Positions 27,229-36,485 of a stretch of DNA of 45,703 bases are shown one piece after another. Position 1 is the first letter of the stretch. Every line of letters begins with the position of its first letter. The stretch lies in sequence record SRR22947727_1159. One strand, 5' to 3'. The translations under genes and the position numbers were made by a program. Under the pieces are notes generated by a model, which did not search any database, was not told the DNA's origin, and worked only from the letters and a program-made list of their open reading frames with translations.

Positions 27229-28591
27229 CAAACTCTACCCCCTGAGCTAGTGGAAGGTCTTTGCCATAATTAACTGTTGCGGTGACTCTTCTCATATAAT
27301 TTTTCCAAGCATCTGAGCCTGACTCTCTACCACCCCCAGTTTCTTTTTCACCGCCAAAGGCTCCGCCTATTTCTGCGCCACTGGTTCCAATATTTACATT
27401 TGCTATTCCACAATCACTTCCTTCTGAGCTTAAAAACAGCTCAGACTCTCTAATATCATTGGTAAAAATTGAGCTGCTTAAACCCTGTTTAACATTATTT
27501 TGCATATGAATAGCGTCTTTTAGGTCTTTAAATTTCTTTACATATAAGATTGGTGCAAAAGTCTCATTTAGCATTTCATCTTCAATTTCAGAAACCTCAA
27601 CAATTGCAGGCATTACATAAAATTCTTTTGGGTCTCCTGTCTCTAATCTTTGCCCTCCATAAATATTTACATCTTTCTTTCTGAGTGAATCCAGAACTCT
27701 TTGCATGTTATTAAAACTTAATTCTGAAATCAACGGCCCTAGCTGAGAAGATTTATCAGAAGGGTCTCCAATTTTAAGGGTTGAGTAATATGCATGAAGT
27801 TTGTCCATAAATTCTGCATATACATCCTCATGGACAAAGGCTCTTCTTAGAGTTGTACATCTTTGTCCTGTTGTCCCGCATGCAGAAAATGTTATGCCTT
27901 TTACTGTTAAATCTAAATCCGCAGTTGGGCATATAATTGCCGCATTGTTTCCGCCTAATTCTAATAAAGTTCTTCCTAGCCTAGCCGATACAATCGGAGC
28001 AAGCTCTTTGCCCATCTGAGTACTTCCAGTTGCAGAAATAAGAGGAATGTTATTGTCCTTACATAGAGCTACGGCCTCCTCTTTTCCTCCTTTTAAAAGG
28101 ATAACCAAATCTTTATGCTCTCCCGAAACTCTGTCCCATATCTCTTTAATAGCATCAGCGCATTTAAAAGAATGAGGACTTGGTTTCCAAATAATGCTGT
28201 TGCCACACACTGAAGCTAAACAAAAGTTCCATGCAAATACTGCCATAGGAAAATTAAAAGCCGTTATACAGCCAACCACTCCTATGGGTTGCCACAGTTC
28301 TTGCAATCTATGATCGGGTCTTTCGCTTGGCATAGTTAAGCCATAAAGCTGCCTACTAAGTCCTGTTGCAAAATCACACATATCAATTGCTTCTTGAACC
28401 TCTCCCTCAGCCTCAGAAACAATTTTTCTTGCTTCAGCAGTAATTACACTTGCAAGTTCTATTTTGTTATTCCTTAACTCATTCCCAAATAGTCTAATGA
28501 CGTCGCCTCTTTGTGGAGCAGGAATCAGTCTCCACTTTCGATGAGCCTCTTTAGAGGCTTTAACCAAGTTATTATAATTATCAGATTCCAT
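27218..28591 (-). CDS. aldehyde dehydrogenase family 7 (aminoadipate-semialdehyde / piperideine-6-carboxylate dehydrogenase-like)
   Basis: PAPQRG, GLSRQLYG, ITAFNFP, LELGGNN, GTTGQRCT, SDCGIANVNIGTSGAEIGGAFGGEKETGGGRESGSDAW, LPLAQGV; RBS GGGAGG. Confidence 0.93.
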   Translation of the reverse strand: MESDNYNNLVKASKEAHRKWRLIPAPQRGDVIRLFGNELRNNKIELASVITAEARKIVSEAEGEVQEAIDMCDFATGLSRQLYGLTMPSERPDHRLQELWQPIGVVGCITAFNFPMAVFAWNFCLASVCGNSIIWKPSPHSFKCADAIKEIWDRVSGEHKDLVILLKGGKEEAVALCKDNNIPLISATGSTQMGKELAPIVSARLGRTLLELGGNNAAIICPTADLDLTVKGITFSACGTTGQRCTTLRRAFVHEDVYAEFMDKLHAYYSTLKIGDPSDKSSQLGPLISELSFNNMQRVLDSLRKKDVNIYGGQRLETGDPKEFYVMPAIVEVSEIEDEMLNETFAPILYVKKFKDLKDAIHMQNNVKQGLSSSIFTNDIRESELFLSSEGSDCGIANVNIGTSGAEIGGAFGGEKETGGGRESGSDAWKNYMRRVTATVNYGKDLPLAQGVEFDES

Positions 28592-29081
28592 CTATATCCT
28601 CCCTATAAATTCTTACCATTTGATAAATTGCAAAAATGCCGAAAATGCCAACATATGCCATATAAAAACTTTGAACTAACGGATCTTCTATCGAGTTTGC
28701 AAAAGGATCATTTGGTGGAAACCTTTGGAGAACTTCAGCGGTTGTTGGCAACATGCTAAAAAATACTGTTCCAGTTAAAGCAAGCTGCTTTAAGTAAACT
28801 GTTAAAAATCCAAAAAGATTAAACCTTTGTAAGACCAATGCAAAAAGGATAGAGAAGATGGTTATAACAGAAAGCAGATGAGCGGTATTAAAAGAGCCTG
28901 TTGCTGCATATAAAAAAAATGATGATGCACATGTAAAGAAAGTGCTCAACAAATAGAAATTTGTAAGCTTGGTGTTCATAAAAATAAATCTATCTTTTAT
29001 TAAAAGATAAAGCCCTATAACGATGGCAGCAGTTCCCAAAATAGTATGAAACCAACCAATATATGAAATTCCACCAAACAT
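28581..29081 (-). CDS. membrane protein, possibly DUF2306-like
   Basis: About five TM segments, GWFHT and FNTAHLLS intramembrane histidines. Confidence 0.6.
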   Translation of the reverse strand: MFGGISYIGWFHTILGTAAIVIGLYLLIKDRFIFMNTKLTNFYLLSTFFTCASSFFLYAATGSFNTAHLLSVITIFSILFALVLQRFNLFGFLTVYLKQLALTGTVFFSMLPTTAEVLQRFPPNDPFANSIEDPLVQSFYMAYVGIFGIFAIYQMVRIYREDIDGI

Positions 29082-29114
29082 ATTTTCCCCTAAAATATAT
29101 ATATTTATTTTACT

Positions 29115-29900
29115 CTATTTACCTAATAGGTAATTGAGTAAAAGCTGAATTTTTTTTATTCCGCCAAAATAGGAAATCTCCGCCTCATCAAAACCCCTTA
29201 AACTATTAATTAAGTCTTGTTTTTGCTTAATGTGTTCGTGAATTAATTTAAGAGGCTGAAAAAAAACATTAATGGTAAATAAAGAATAGTCTTTATGGAA
29301 ACGGCATAATGTTTCTCTTTCAGATCTAATAAACCACCCAGATGGGTCTGTTTTAGGTAATGTTTCTTCTCTTATATAAAACCTATTTGTATCGCCATGA
29401 ATTAGCCAGTTCTGTCTTGAAAAAGGCTTCATGATAGGTGCTTGTCTTATAAACGTTTCTATCTTATCTCCAATTTTTTCATTGAGTGTCGTAACAGGTT
29501 TATGTATTTCTCTTAAGGGTCTTCCAATCTTTGATTGAACATTCCAGTAGCTAGGAGAGCAAACACTAGCAGCTATGAGCTCTTGGTCACCATTAGATCT
29601 AATTAAACAAAGATCATCTTGAATAACTAAACTCATGTCAGCTATAAGATCTGGGTACTGTCTTTTATCTACCTTGAGGTATTCTTTTAAAATGTTCTGA
29701 GCTTCTAATGAGGATTGAGTTACAGCAACAACCTCTTGATAGTTATTATCTAACAAATCTTTCTTATGCTTAAAAAGACTGTCTCCAATTTTACGATTGA
29801 GCCATTCTTCTTTAGCTATAGGGCTAAGACCAAGCCTATATTTTTGTTTGCCATCGCCCCAGGGAGGATTGCTCCAAAAAGACTCGTCCGCTTTAAGCAT
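29115..29900 (-). CDS. DUF3445 / heme-dependent oxidative N-demethylase alpha-subunit family protein
   Basis: LGL..I...EWL, IQDDLCLI, CSPSYW...SKIG..L.EIHKPV, RQNW, RSERETL.RF, LFTI. Confidence 0.85.
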   Translation of the reverse strand: MLKADESFWSNPPWGDGKQKYRLGLSPIAKEEWLNRKIGDSLFKHKKDLLDNNYQEVVAVTQSSLEAQNILKEYLKVDKRQYPDLIADMSLVIQDDLCLIRSNGDQELIAASVCSPSYWNVQSKIGRPLREIHKPVTTLNEKIGDKIETFIRQAPIMKPFSRQNWLIHGDTNRFYIREETLPKTDPSGWFIRSERETLCRFHKDYSLFTINVFFQPLKLIHEHIKQKQDLINSLRGFDEAEISYFGGIKKIQLLLNYLLGK

Positions 29901-30722
29901 TTATACTTTTTCTGTTTTAGATTCTTGGGGAGATCGAAAAATTGGCCAGAATAATTGTGTTAAAGCTGAAACTTCAGACAAATTTTCAACTCCAACCTCT
30001 TTAGGATATTTTCTTGTAATCTTTGCGGTGCCAAAAATCATATCCCATATAAATAATAAGTTTCCGTAGTTTCCTTTATAGTGAGTGTTTTCATCATCAA
30101 GATGTTTACCATGATGGGCCCAATGAGTAGAGGGGGTTGAAATAGTTCTTTCCAAAACCCACATAATGGGATTCATCCATTTAATTTCATATAATTTTTT
30201 ATCCCACCTTAAATCTGTATGTGCTCCAAAAATAACTGCCTGCTTTACCACTATATAAACAAAATATACCCACCCAGAACCCATATAAAATAATATCCCA
30301 GCAAACCATAATCCTGGCATTAATAAGTAATATGCTAAAGCATTTCTATAGACAACTCTTATGGATAAATATTCTGAGTCATGATGGGCTCTATGAAGGT
30401 TATATAAAACAGGTACATTATGGCAAGTTCTATGCCACCAATATTGGGTTAGGTCATCAAAAATAAGGAGTAACCCAAAAATAGCAAAAAAACCCCAATC
30501 AGAAATCATGCCCTTAGAGGATGGAAGAAAGGTTTCTGCAAGACCATAGCCTAAACCAAATACTAAAGGTAGAGCCAAAAAGTTTAATTGAAAAAATCCT
30601 ACAAACTCAACAACCCCATCTTTTAGTCTCTGATTTTTCTTATTAAAAAAATTTGTGAAAACAATCTCTAAAACTACTAAAAAACAAAATATAGATAAAA
30701 CTACTATTTGATAGGTTTGCAT
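29901..30722 (-). CDS. sterol desaturase / fatty acid hydroxylase family protein
   Basis: His boxes YWWHRTCH, HRAHH, AH, HWAHH and NYGNLLFIWDMIFGT. Confidence 0.92.
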   Translation of the reverse strand: MQTYQIVVLSIFCFLVVLEIVFTNFFNKKNQRLKDGVVEFVGFFQLNFLALPLVFGLGYGLAETFLPSSKGMISDWGFFAIFGLLLIFDDLTQYWWHRTCHNVPVLYNLHRAHHDSEYLSIRVVYRNALAYYLLMPGLWFAGILFYMGSGWVYFVYIVVKQAVIFGAHTDLRWDKKLYEIKWMNPIMWVLERTISTPSTHWAHHGKHLDDENTHYKGNYGNLLFIWDMIFGTAKITRKYPKEVGVENLSEVSALTQLFWPIFRSPQESKTEKV

Positions 30723-30725
30723 ATT

Positions 30726-31031
30726 CTAGAAAATTTTATGCTTGCCCTGAAGTATTTCTAGATACATTTTGTGATCGCCAATAAAGCTCCATAAAGGATA
30801 TTTAAAAGTAGCGGGTTTATTCTTTTCAACAAAAAAATGAGCAATCCAAGCAAACCCATAGCCAGCAAGAAGAGAATAAAGCAAAAAAATAAAATCAAAT
30901 GTCATAAAAAATCTTACGTACAAATATATTGCTATGCTTGTTCCAATGAAATGCAACAACTTAGTTGTTTTATTACTGTGCTCGCTTAAATAGTATGGGT
31001 AAAAATCTTTAAAATTAGTATATCTTTCCAT
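30726..31031 (-). CDS. DUF962 / Mpo1-like membrane protein
   Basis: FYPYYLSEH, LHFIGT, FAWIAHFFVEKNKPATF. Confidence 0.9.
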   Translation of the reverse strand: MERYTNFKDFYPYYLSEHSNKTTKLLHFIGTSIAIYLYVRFFMTFDFIFLLYSLLAGYGFAWIAHFFVEKNKPATFKYPLWSFIGDHKMYLEILQGKHKIF

Positions 31032-31121
31032 TCGCTTCCCCTTTAATGAAATATTAAGATACCTTTATTTTTTGTAAGAAACAAATATAAAATTATCTTT
31101 TTTGCCTAGTAAGTGAGGCTG

Positions 31122-31151
31122 AAAATAAGCGGCCTCTTTTTTAGAAGCCGC
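31122..31151 (-). terminator. intrinsic terminator of the 31160-31774 gene
   Basis: Minus strand GCGGCTTCT-AAAAA-AGAGGCCGC stem (one G-U pair) followed by TTATTTT, 8 nt after the stop. Confidence 0.8.
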
Positions 31152-31159
31152 AGAATGTT

Positions 31160-31774
31160 TTATTTAGGTGCTGCCGTGGGCTGATAATCGTAATATCCGG
31201 TCATAGGAATCATAAGATGAACATAAGGAGTTCCTTTAAACATCACATAAGGTGCTCCTGTTGTATAGTCTGTGGATTGCCCATCTAAAGAAGACGGATC
31301 TTTTGGCATCAACATTAAATGAGCCCCTGATTCAATAAAGTGTTTATGACCTGCATCTTTTTGCCCGTCTGTATATGGTTTAAAGTTATCAACTCCCAAA
31401 TCTCCATGAAGCATCCAAATCCAACCATCACCTGATAGTTCAGGCTTGGTATTAGACTTATAAGCATTGGCCCAGGCTACCGCATTTTTGTCAGAACAAG
31501 CTGCTGCTGATTCATGAGGATCTTTGAAACCCCCCATTGGCATTGGCATAAATGGCTCACATCTCCATCCATTCGTTCCCTCTCTTAACACCTTACCAGA
31601 TGCACCTATTACAGTAGCATGATCACCGATAAATGCAGGTGCTGCTGAAGTGTAAGCTTTGATTTGCCACTCTTTTGAATTGCCCATATGGTCATGATGT
31701 CCGCCCTCATGATGGCCAGCATTTATACCAATTGATGCAAACAAAAATAACGCAATTATTGATTTATTCTTCAT
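31160..31774 (-). CDS. secreted hypothetical protein with His-rich N-terminus
   Basis: Signal peptide then GHHEGGHHDH; SAAP, LREGTNGWRC, WMLHGD, GAHLMLM, PYVMFKGTPYVHLMIP. Confidence 0.8.
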   Translation of the reverse strand: MKNKSIIALFLFASIGINAGHHEGGHHDHMGNSKEWQIKAYTSAAPAFIGDHATVIGASGKVLREGTNGWRCEPFMPMPMGGFKDPHESAAACSDKNAVAWANAYKSNTKPELSGDGWIWMLHGDLGVDNFKPYTDGQKDAGHKHFIESGAHLMLMPKDPSSLDGQSTDYTTGAPYVMFKGTPYVHLMIPMTGYYDYQPTAAPK

Positions 31775-31857
31775 AATTTGTATTCCCTATTATTCAATAT
31801 CTTAATTTAAGTATATATTTATAGCATCTAAATAAAAAATATTAAAATATTTAGAAA

Positions 31858-32403
31858 TTATTTATTTAATAAAGTTATTTCTTCCATAAGACTTGATTCT
31901 ATAAAGTGTTTTGAAAGGCATTTTCTGTATGGCTCTGCACCATATGCAGGATTCCCAACTAAAATCAATTTAGGAGTATTTGTAGTAAACACCCATCTTG
32001 TTCCTGTCTCAATTGATGAAAATATATAATGTGAAAGGACTTCAAACATAGTAGACCCGTCCCCTTCAGCTGAAAGTTGTATTGATGTTTTAATCTCAAG
32101 CGATGAATCAAAAATCCTATTTATATAATTAACATAAATCTCATCATTCATTTTTCCACAATCAATAAACTTGGGAATATTAGGGGACTTAACTTTGGTT
32201 TTAAATTCAAAAATATTTTGATCTTGTGAGTATTCTTGATTAATTATGAGTGGTATTTTTTGCAAGGCTTCATCTATATCAATATTTAGATAAATTATAT
32301 TTTTTAGCTCTTTAATGGTGTTTGGCGGAGTATAAACATTCTCTTCTGATGTCTTCTGGCAAGAAAATAAAAAAATACTACTGACAAGTATTAATAAGCG
32401 CAT
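31858..32403 (-). CDS. hypothetical lipoprotein
   Basis: Lipobox LFSC after a hydrophobic core. Confidence 0.7.
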   Translation of the reverse strand: MRLLILVSSIFLFSCQKTSEENVYTPPNTIKELKNIIYLNIDIDEALQKIPLIINQEYSQDQNIFEFKTKVKSPNIPKFIDCGKMNDEIYVNYINRIFDSSLEIKTSIQLSAEGDGSTMFEVLSHYIFSSIETGTRWVFTTNTPKLILVGNPAYGAEPYRKCLSKHFIESSLMEEITLLNK

Positions 32404-32407
32404 TTCT

Positions 32408-33604
32408 TTATCTAATACTTTCTGCTATTGCCCTAAACATTGCCACATGAGCAGCTTTTGAGTATTCCTTTTCAGAAGTATATCTATGATTTGAAGATGT
32501 TTTAGCAATCACAACATTAGTTAATGGATCAATATAAATATATTGATTGTACACACCCGAGGCTGTGTAATCTGTATCTGGAAATCCAGGAACCCACCAC
32601 TGCAATCCATACCCCCAAGGAGATGATGATAATTCAGACTCACCTGGCTTTAAATGAGGCCCATCAGTAGTATGAGATGCATCTACCCAGCTTGCTGGAA
32701 CTACTTGTTCACCGTTCCACTTGCCCCTATTCAAGTAGAGCTCACCAAATTTTGCATAATCTCTCAAGGTAGCATTTAGCCCCCCAAGAGCCATCTCAAC
32801 ACCATTATTATCAACAATAAAAAAGGCATCATCCTCCATACCAATTTTATTCCATATTTTTTTATACAAGTATTCTTTTAGTGGCATTCCTGTAACCTCT
32901 GCAAGCAAGAATCCAAGCACTTGAGTGTCTATGCTCACATAATGATGATAGGTGCCTGGCTCCCTTCCTCTTTCAAGAGATTTTGCAAAATCTCTAAAAG
33001 ATGATCCTCTGGCTGTTGCCCTTCCAAATCTATTTATATCTGATTTTGGGTCAGCATAGTCTTCATTAAAATCAACCCCTGAAGACATTTGTAGAATGTC
33101 TTTAATTCTTACTCCTTCATAGCCAGTGCCGTTAAAGTCAGATAAATATTTTGTAATAGGGTCTTCAATATTATCAATGAGTCCTTCATCAAGGGCTATT
33201 CCTACCAGTGCTGATACAAAAGATTTGGTAACTGAAAATGCTATGTGCTTGCTGGTGGCTGAATTATTATTCCAATAATTTTCATAGAGCAAATTTCCGT
33301 TATGCAAAACAATCAAACCATCTGTTTTATAGTGCTCTAATTCTTCAGAAAGAAGTCTTTGCTCACCATCAAAAAAGAAAGTTTCTGGCAAAACAAAATC
33401 TCTCCTGGGAAATGTATATGGATTATCTGAGACAGGAATTGGTTCAGAAACAGAAAAAATTTTATCTATATTGATAAAATTTCTATCTATTGAATCCTCA
33501 TTATATAAATTTGCTAAATGATAAAGCCTTGCAATTTTGGGTCCGTAAAAAATTCCAATAACTATCAGCAACACTGACAAAAGAATTAAAAGTATTTTAT
33601 ACAT
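32408..33604 (-). CDS. serine hydrolase, beta-lactamase class C / NylB-like
   Basis: SVTKS (SxxK), LQMSSG, HYVSIDT, RDYAKFG, YGLQWW; N-terminal anchor. Confidence 0.9.
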   Translation of the reverse strand: MYKILLILLSVLLIVIGIFYGPKIARLYHLANLYNEDSIDRNFINIDKIFSVSEPIPVSDNPYTFPRRDFVLPETFFFDGEQRLLSEELEHYKTDGLIVLHNGNLLYENYWNNNSATSKHIAFSVTKSFVSALVGIALDEGLIDNIEDPITKYLSDFNGTGYEGVRIKDILQMSSGVDFNEDYADPKSDINRFGRATARGSSFRDFAKSLERGREPGTYHHYVSIDTQVLGFLLAEVTGMPLKEYLYKKIWNKIGMEDDAFFIVDNNGVEMALGGLNATLRDYAKFGELYLNRGKWNGEQVVPASWVDASHTTDGPHLKPGESELSSSPWGYGLQWWVPGFPDTDYTASGVYNQYIYIDPLTNVVIAKTSSNHRYTSEKEYSKAAHVAMFRAIAESIR

Positions 33605-33626
33605 ACAATTAAGTTAACATACAAAG
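33605..33626. promoter_or_regulatory. candidate bidirectional -10 element serving two divergent leaderless genes
   Basis: 22-bp spacer; TAACAT (+) and TAACTT (-) each lie 6 nt before an ATG and overlap at a GTTAAC palindrome; no Shine-Dalgarno on either strand. Confidence 0.5.
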
Positions 33627-34016
33627 ATGTTAAATATAAAAAAAATTGATGACGCTTCGTTTCTTATTGGAAGAACTATTCTTGGTTTATATTTTTTTAT
33701 ATTTGGTTTTGCTAAGCTTTTTACATATCATGACATCAGTGCTTTGATGCTTCTAAAAGGAGTACCTCTTGTAACAATTACTCTACCAATGACTATTATA
33801 ATTCAGACAGTGTTTGGTCTATTTCTAGTGTTTGGTAAAAATCTAAGAATAAGTGGGTTGATATTATTTGTTTTAACTTTTCTGATTAATTACTACATTC
33901 ACAACTTTTGGGATTTAAGCGGAGATCCTTCGCAAGCTCATGAAATGCAAAATTTTGTCAAAAATACTGCTATTGCTGGAGGGCTCTTAATTCTAGCAAC
34001 GAAAGAAAATAACTAG
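33627..34016 (+). CDS. DoxX family membrane protein
   Basis: GRTILGLYF...K, HNFW, FVKNTAIAGGLL. Confidence 0.9.
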   Translation: MLNIKKIDDASFLIGRTILGLYFFIFGFAKLFTYHDISALMLLKGVPLVTITLPMTIIIQTVFGLFLVFGKNLRISGLILFVLTFLINYYIHNFWDLSGDPSQAHEMQNFVKNTAIAGGLLILATKENN

Positions 34017-34426
34017 TCGATTTGCCTCGGTATTCTGTACATAGCACATATTTTGTTGCCAGATGGATCTAGCAAATATGCTAGATATAGTTGAACGCCT
34101 CCACCCTCTCGAATACCTGGAGGGTCACATAATTCGGGATCAGACCCCCCCGAATTCTTTCCTGCTTGATACCACTCGTCTACCATATCTGTGCTTGAGG
34201 CATTAAATCCAATCGTGGCACCGTTTCCATGAGAGGCTTCTTGGTTGTTAATTGGTTGTGAAATTATGAAGCTATTTTTATTGTTAACGAAATAAACATA
34301 TCTTGTATGTCCATCATGATTTAAGGAGAGCTTACCTGGCCTTGCGCCTAAAACTAAAAGAGTCTCATCATAAAATACTTTTGACTCTTCTATATCATTT
34401 GCACCCAACATTACATGACTAAACAT
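34013..34426 (-). CDS. VOC (glyoxalase/bleomycin resistance) family protein
   Basis: MFSHVMLGAND...S..FYD, GNGATIGF, YLAYLLDPSGNKIC; ATG 34426 with RBS AAGGGG. Confidence 0.9.
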   Translation of the reverse strand: MFSHVMLGANDIEESKVFYDETLLVLGARPGKLSLNHDGHTRYVYFVNNKNSFIISQPINNQEASHGNGATIGFNASSTDMVDEWYQAGKNSGGSDPELCDPPGIREGGGVQLYLAYLLDPSGNKICAMYRIPRQID

Positions 34427-34448
34427 ATACAACCCCTTAGTTTAAAAA

Positions 34449-35084
34449 TTATTGTTTATAAAATAGTACTACATCTTTAGTAATTATTTCGCATTTCCAG
34501 CCTCTTTGTTTTCCTATAACTTCAAATGTTTTTTTTGCATAGAAAACTACGTGGGTTGGATCTCTTCTGTAATACCATTTATCAAAAGCTTTTCTTTCGG
34601 TTAAGAAACATGTCATAACACCAAGCCAGCCTTTGTATTTTAATAGGCTGTTTAATGAATCAAATTCTTTCTTTGGACTAAAGAAATGTTCTGCTGTCTC
34701 TGTACAGGTTATAAAATCATAAGTTTTTGAGAATATTTTTTTATTTGGATAAAAAAACGGGTCATATAAATCAACCTCAAAGCCATCTTTGTTTAAGATG
34801 TCTGCAAGAGCAGGTCCGTGACCGCATCCAAAATCTAGACCACAAGAACCTGAATAAAGTTTTTCTTTTAATGGATTTATTAGTTTAGATAGAAAGTCTC
34901 TATAGCCAATATCTTCAATAATATTTTCGTGTTCTAGGTACCTCTCTTTTTCAGAGGTTGCATCTATGTGATGCTTGCTGTCTAAAAATATAACTTCACA
35001 TGAGCTGCAATGCCAATATAAAAGATTATCTGAAGTGTTAAAGGGTTTAGTTAACTTGCTTTCACAAACTACACAATCTTGCAT
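34449..35084 (-). CDS. class I SAM-dependent methyltransferase with N-terminal Zn ribbon
   Basis: CVVC/CSSC, EKERYLEHEN, GLDFGCGHGP, YDPFF, WYYRRDPTHV. Confidence 0.9.
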   Translation of the reverse strand: MQDCVVCESKLTKPFNTSDNLLYWHCSSCEVIFLDSKHHIDATSEKERYLEHENIIEDIGYRDFLSKLINPLKEKLYSGSCGLDFGCGHGPALADILNKDGFEVDLYDPFFYPNKKIFSKTYDFITCTETAEHFFSPKKEFDSLNSLLKYKGWLGVMTCFLTERKAFDKWYYRRDPTHVVFYAKKTFEVIGKQRGWKCEIITKDVVLFYKQ

Positions 35085-35099
35085 ATTAAATGAACTGGG

Positions 35100-36398
35100 T
35101 TATGTGGTCTGTGACCTATTAAGCTCTTTTTTCAGCCTAGCTCTAAAAGAGAAGTCATCGACTGTAATAGTATGTCTAGGTGTGTCTATTTGCTTAACAT
35201 CCGGTTTTGCAATCTCCTCATCAATAAGTCTTTGAATTGACTTGCGTGGCTTCCAATTACCTTGCAGATGCTTTGCAGCTAATTTCGATTGTAGTTCTGC
35301 TCCAGGCCATATGCATCCGAGGGGTTGAAATAAACCAATAAAATATAAGTTATTGACGTCAGCAGGAATCATTCTATGTAAGAGAGGCACTTTACCCTCC
35401 TCATAATTTATAAAATCTTTTTCAAAAAAGGGATGTTGTATTTTAAATCCTGTACAAGCAATTATTGTATCGAACTCAGAGTTTTGACCATCAATAAAAT
35501 GAACTGTGTTTCCATCTAGTCGCTCTATATCTTTGTATGGTGTTACTTTTCCATGGCGAACTGCATAGTAAAGTTCTGAATTAACGGTGGGGTGTGTTGC
35601 GAAAAGATTTTGATCAGGCTTTTGAAGTCCGATATCTTCGTTTTTGCCTTGAAATATTTCAAGCATCATTTTTGTAAATGGTGTTCTTAAAAAAGCAGGC
35701 ATCCATCTATTTTTTAAAGCATATAAGTCAACAGGCAAGCCATACATAAACTTAGGAATTAAATAATAGCCTCTTCTCCAACTAATAGAGGTGGACTTAG
35801 AAACTCTTGCAGTCTCTACTGCAACATCGCAAGCAGAATTTCCTCCACCAATAACCAGAACTCTTTTATCAACAAATGGTGCTGAAGATTTGAAGTCATG
35901 GGAATGAATCATCTCTCCAGAAAATTCTCCTGGATAATCTGGATATCTAGGCTTATGATGATGTCCATTGCATACAACCAATGCATCATAAGTATCAGAA
36001 AATATCTGCTCGTCTTTGAGACTTCTCCATTTAACAGTCCAGGTATCATCTTCTTTCTGTTTGCAATCCAAAACTTCAGTCCCAAAATGAATTAACTTTT
36101 TTATATCAAAATGATCAGCATAATTATTAAAATATTCTAAAAGTTCTTTGTGAGATGGGTAATCTGAGGCAGAATCTGGCAAGGGATAATCTTCATAAAA
36201 GGAGGTGTATTTCGAACTAATTATATGGGTTGTCTCAAAAACACTTGAATGCCCTGAAGGATCGTTAAACCTCCAATTACCTCCAACTCCTTCGCATCTT
36301 TCAAATGCTGTTACATCAAAACCTGCTTCAGCAAAGTTTTTTATTGCAGTTATGCCGGATGGACCTGCTCCAATAATTGCTACTTTATTTTTCATCAT
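35100..36398 (-). CDS. flavin-containing monooxygenase (class B, FMO family)
   Basis: IGAGPSG, GGNW, FMO fingerprint FSGEMIHSHDFK, IGGGNSACD, ACTGF. Confidence 0.92.
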   Translation of the reverse strand: MMKNKVAIIGAGPSGITAIKNFAEAGFDVTAFERCEGVGGNWRFNDPSGHSSVFETTHIISSKYTSFYEDYPLPDSASDYPSHKELLEYFNNYADHFDIKKLIHFGTEVLDCKQKEDDTWTVKWRSLKDEQIFSDTYDALVVCNGHHHKPRYPDYPGEFSGEMIHSHDFKSSAPFVDKRVLVIGGGNSACDVAVETARVSKSTSISWRRGYYLIPKFMYGLPVDLYALKNRWMPAFLRTPFTKMMLEIFQGKNEDIGLQKPDQNLFATHPTVNSELYYAVRHGKVTPYKDIERLDGNTVHFIDGQNSEFDTIIACTGFKIQHPFFEKDFINYEEGKVPLLHRMIPADVNNLYFIGLFQPLGCIWPGAELQSKLAAKHLQGNWKPRKSIQRLIDEEIAKPDVKQIDTPRHTITVDDFSFRARLKKELNRSQTT

Positions 36399-36485
36399 CA
36401 ATTTTGTTTTTTAATATCATATAATCTTACATCTAAATAAGGTTAATAAATAAAATTCTGTAACAAGCTTAGCTATATCTAATAT

